Shown: one piece after another, positions 61,747-64,000 of the stretch
Numbering within the stretch: position 1 is the stretch's first letter
Layout: each line of letters opens with the position of its first letter
Sequence record: OL631482.1
From: Escherichia phage ECML-359
DNA: 64,000 bases
Direction: 5' to 3' (one strand)
Notes under the pieces: generated by a model
The model's input: only the letters and a program-made list of their open reading frames with translations
The model's database searches: none
What the model was told of the DNA's origin: nothing
Made by a program: the position numbers and the translations under genes

Positions 61747-62567
61747 TTACCCCCTTGGCCACCGGTCGGTTGATTGTACCAGTATTCAATACCAGTACCT
61801 ACACGCTGGCCATATTGATATGGATATGCTGGATTATATCCAGGAGTCCACGGTTGACCAGGCTGCCAGCCTTGCTGCATTTGTTGTTGAAGGCGTCGAG
61901 TTTCACGAAACAGCTCTTCCAGTTTACGGAGTTCATCTGGAGTGAATTCTGGTTTGACTGGTTCATCTTTGTGTTTCAGTTTAAGCTGTCCAGCAACATC
62001 GTCCCAATTAAAAACTTTGGAAGCTGTTTTAGGAATAGCATCACGTTCGCCGCGGGCCATCCAATAAACCGGAACCTCAAGAATTTCACTCGCATGGTCG
62101 CAATGGTGTGCAAGGTCATCAATATAACAAATGACATTATATTTGTCTTTTGCCTTCTGAAACAAATCCTCTTTAGAGGCTGTATGGCCACACATCATCA
62201 CTTCTTTAAACGCTCCAGGGAACAAAGCATTCAGGTTAAATTGACGATTCAAGCGTGCGTCAATGGAATCACCCAGGGCTGTAACAGCCACAAAATCATA
62301 TTGCTCTTTGAGGTTATTGATAACCCTTAATGCATCCGCATAAGGAGACAAATAGCGAATAAAGTCTGAACAGTTATATTTTTCAATTAACTGCGCGCCT
62401 AACTCTTCATCACAATTGAAAAGTTTACCAGGGGTCACAAATTTTTCGTCCTGAATCATCTTAAGGATATGTTCCAGGGGTAAATTATATTTTTGAGCGA
62501 AATAAGGTAAGCCAGACTGCCATGACAAACATACGCCATCAATATCTGTTAAAATAACGGGTTTCAT
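61743..62567 (-). CDS. HAD-superfamily phosphatase-like protein with Q/P/Y/G-rich C-terminal tail (30.2 position)
   Basis: N-terminal MKPVILTDIDGVCLSW (HAD motif I); low-complexity C-terminal 60 residues. Confidence 0.65.
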   Translation of the reverse strand: MKPVILTDIDGVCLSWQSGLPYFAQKYNLPLEHILKMIQDEKFVTPGKLFNCDEELGAQLIEKYNCSDFIRYLSPYADALRVINNLKEQYDFVAVTALGDSIDARLNRQFNLNALFPGAFKEVMMCGHTASKEDLFQKAKDKYNVICYIDDLAHHCDHASEILEVPVYWMARGERDAIPKTASKVFNWDDVAGQLKLKHKDEPVKPEFTPDELRKLEELFRETRRLQQQMQQGWQPGQPWTPGYNPAYPYQYGQRVGTGIEYWYNQPTGGQGGN

Positions 62568-63031
62568 AATGCATCTCTCAATTGGTTAAGTATGTCAATA
62601 AATTCTTGTTCAGTCAATATTGTATCATGAACAGTAAGGTGGCTCGCCATCGAATGCTTTAAAACTTTGCCTTTTGTGGATTGTAACGCATTGCGGAATC
62701 CTTGGTTCTGGAGCGCTGCTTCAAAATATGCATTTGTATACAGCTCTTTCCATGCTGCAGAGTATCTTGAAAAGGGAATTCCAAGCCAGAAAAGCGTCCC
62801 ACGGTCCGCAGCTCTTGCATAAGCTCTTCCACTTTGCTGGGCGGCCAATCCGGACATCCCAAATATACGTTTTTGTTGTTCATGATTTCTCACCTTGCAC
62901 CCTTGTAGGAAGCCTTCAAGACCTCCAAACTGGATACCCTCCATAACAAAAGGCCATTTAGCAAAGTTACTTAATGCACATGATGGCCATGGGAAATTGC
63001 TTCTGATTTCTAACTCAGACATTTTTGACAC
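62564..63031 (-). CDS. NADAR/YbiA (DUF1768)-like protein (30.3 position)
   Basis: SNFAKWPF...EGFLQGCKV resembles the YbiA-family SNFAAWP...EHYFQAQKF core. Confidence 0.55.
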   Translation of the reverse strand: MSKMSELEIRSNFPWPSCALSNFAKWPFVMEGIQFGGLEGFLQGCKVRNHEQQKRIFGMSGLAAQQSGRAYARAADRGTLFWLGIPFSRYSAAWKELYTNAYFEAALQNQGFRNALQSTKGKVLKHSMASHLTVHDTILTEQEFIDILNQLRDAL

Positions 63032-63227
63032 TGATAATCTCTACATCAGCCCAATGACCATAACCAGGTAAACGGTCTTTAATAGATAATCCGCCGTCAG
63101 ATTTCAGCATTTTAATTGTTTTAGTATATGGTTCAATATTTCGGGCCCATGGACTTACGTCAGTCACGCGATAAGTAACTTCAACCATTTCTGTTCCCAA
63201 AATTTTCTGAATCAGTTTCTTAAACAT
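63015..63227 (-). CDS. hypothetical small protein
   Basis: 70-aa ORF overlapping neighbours by a few codons. Confidence 0.5.
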   Translation of the reverse strand: MFKKLIQKILGTEMVEVTYRVTDVSPWARNIEPYTKTIKMLKSDGGLSIKDRLPGYGHWADVEIISVKNV

Positions 63228-63228
63228 A

Positions 63229-63423
63229 TTATCCTCGCTTTAAACATTTGATTACAGACAACTCACCACCCATGCGAACGTCTTCAGTTCCATCAACCCA
63301 CAAGACTGCATATGCTTCTTTAATTTGGGTATTGCCTAATTTAAACGCAGGCAGGACCTTTGAAATCATTCCAGGAATACCCACACCTTTTAACTGAACA
63401 GTTTGTGATAAGAATAATTTCAT
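63229..63423 (-). CDS. hypothetical small protein
   Basis: 64-aa ORF. Confidence 0.5.
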   Translation of the reverse strand: MKLFLSQTVQLKGVGIPGMISKVLPAFKLGNTQIKEAYAVLWVDGTEDVRMGGELSVIKCLKRG

Positions 63424-63710
63424 TAGAACCTCATCTGGAAACCGTGTGATTTAACATTACCGCCATTAATATCAGATGAATTAATTTCACGTGCTGCAAT
63501 TGGGGCAATATCAATGTCGCGTCTAAGCTTGGTGATTGCCAGAGTATCGCGTCCATTAACAGTCCGGAATTCTAGTGGGCAAACTACATCAACATAGTTC
63601 TTAATGGAATCACGTGTTGGTTCACACCCAGCAGGAACATTAGGGCCTTTTTTAGAGAAAACAACTTCACAGAAATTTTTACGTGTATCAAAGTAAGTAG
63701 TCATAAACAT
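63423..63710 (-). CDS. hypothetical protein
   Basis: ORF track 63423..63764 trimmed to ATG with GAGGAAA RBS (MFMTTYFDTRK...). Confidence 0.5.
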   Translation of the reverse strand: MFMTTYFDTRKNFCEVVFSKKGPNVPAGCEPTRDSIKNYVDVVCPLEFRTVNGRDTLAITKLRRDIDIAPIAAREINSSDINGGNVKSHGFQMRF

Positions 63711-63747
63711 AGTATTTTCCTCAAGGGGCTTTCGCCCCCATTTAAGA

Positions 63748-63999
63748 TTAGATATCAAATTCATTAAGAACTACATCAAAGATTGCTTCCAGGTGTTCAG
63801 GTTTTGCTTTGTTGCTCAGGATGTGACGAATCCAAGTTTTAACCAGAAGCTTGCGATTAACACCATTCCAGCAAGGATGAGTCCCTAAATCACGTTCACG
63901 GAAATCATCATCTAATGCGATTTTGAATACCGAACCTTCCATCGTGATTGAAAGAGTGATACCATTTTCAAATCGCATATAAACGTAGTTAGGAGTCAT
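63748..63999 (-). CDS. hypothetical protein (start at window edge, may extend further)
   Basis: 83-aa ORF; RBS would lie outside window. Confidence 0.45.
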   Translation of the reverse strand: MTPNYVYMRFENGITLSITMEGSVFKIALDDDFRERDLGTHPCWNGVNRKLLVKTWIRHILSNKAKPEHLEAIFDVVLNEFDI

Positions 64000-64000
64000 A

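Overview
This window is a contiguous segment of a T4-like (T-even type) myovirus genome, recognised from protein sequences read off the six-frame track and from gene order; no database search was run. Coordinates taken from the ORF track are exact; motif coordinates counted by hand from the sequence lines may be off by 1-2 nt. Layout: (i) 1-11.7 kb is a minus-strand early/accessory region: small ORFs of unknown function, two tRNAs, a cassette of five internal-protein genes carrying the capsid-targeting leader, then 57B, 57A, 1, 3, 2, 4. (ii) 11.7-57.4 kb is the late morphogenesis module in T4 order: 53, 5, 5.1, 5.4, 6-12, wac, 13-20, 67, 68, 21, 22, 23, two tandem gene-24 copies, and later 51, 27, 28, 29, 48, 54. 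It is interrupted by minus-strand blocks rnlB/24.2/24.3/hoc/inh and uvsY/25/26, with uvsW/uvsW.1 on the plus strand. (iii) 57.4-64 kb holds alt, DNA ligase 30 and a 30.x-like accessory block on the minus strand. Regulatory signals fall into three classes: TATAAATA late promoters, sigma70-like early promoters embedded in stem-loops, and four copies of a MotA-box middle-promoter element. The most interesting leads are the five-gene internal-protein cassette (candidate injected anti-defence proteins), a NADAR/YbiA-like protein in the 30.x block, an early-promoter-driven 93-aa ORF in the slot between genes 23 and 24, the diverged second copy of gene 24, and two middle-promoter copies oriented antisense to late genes.
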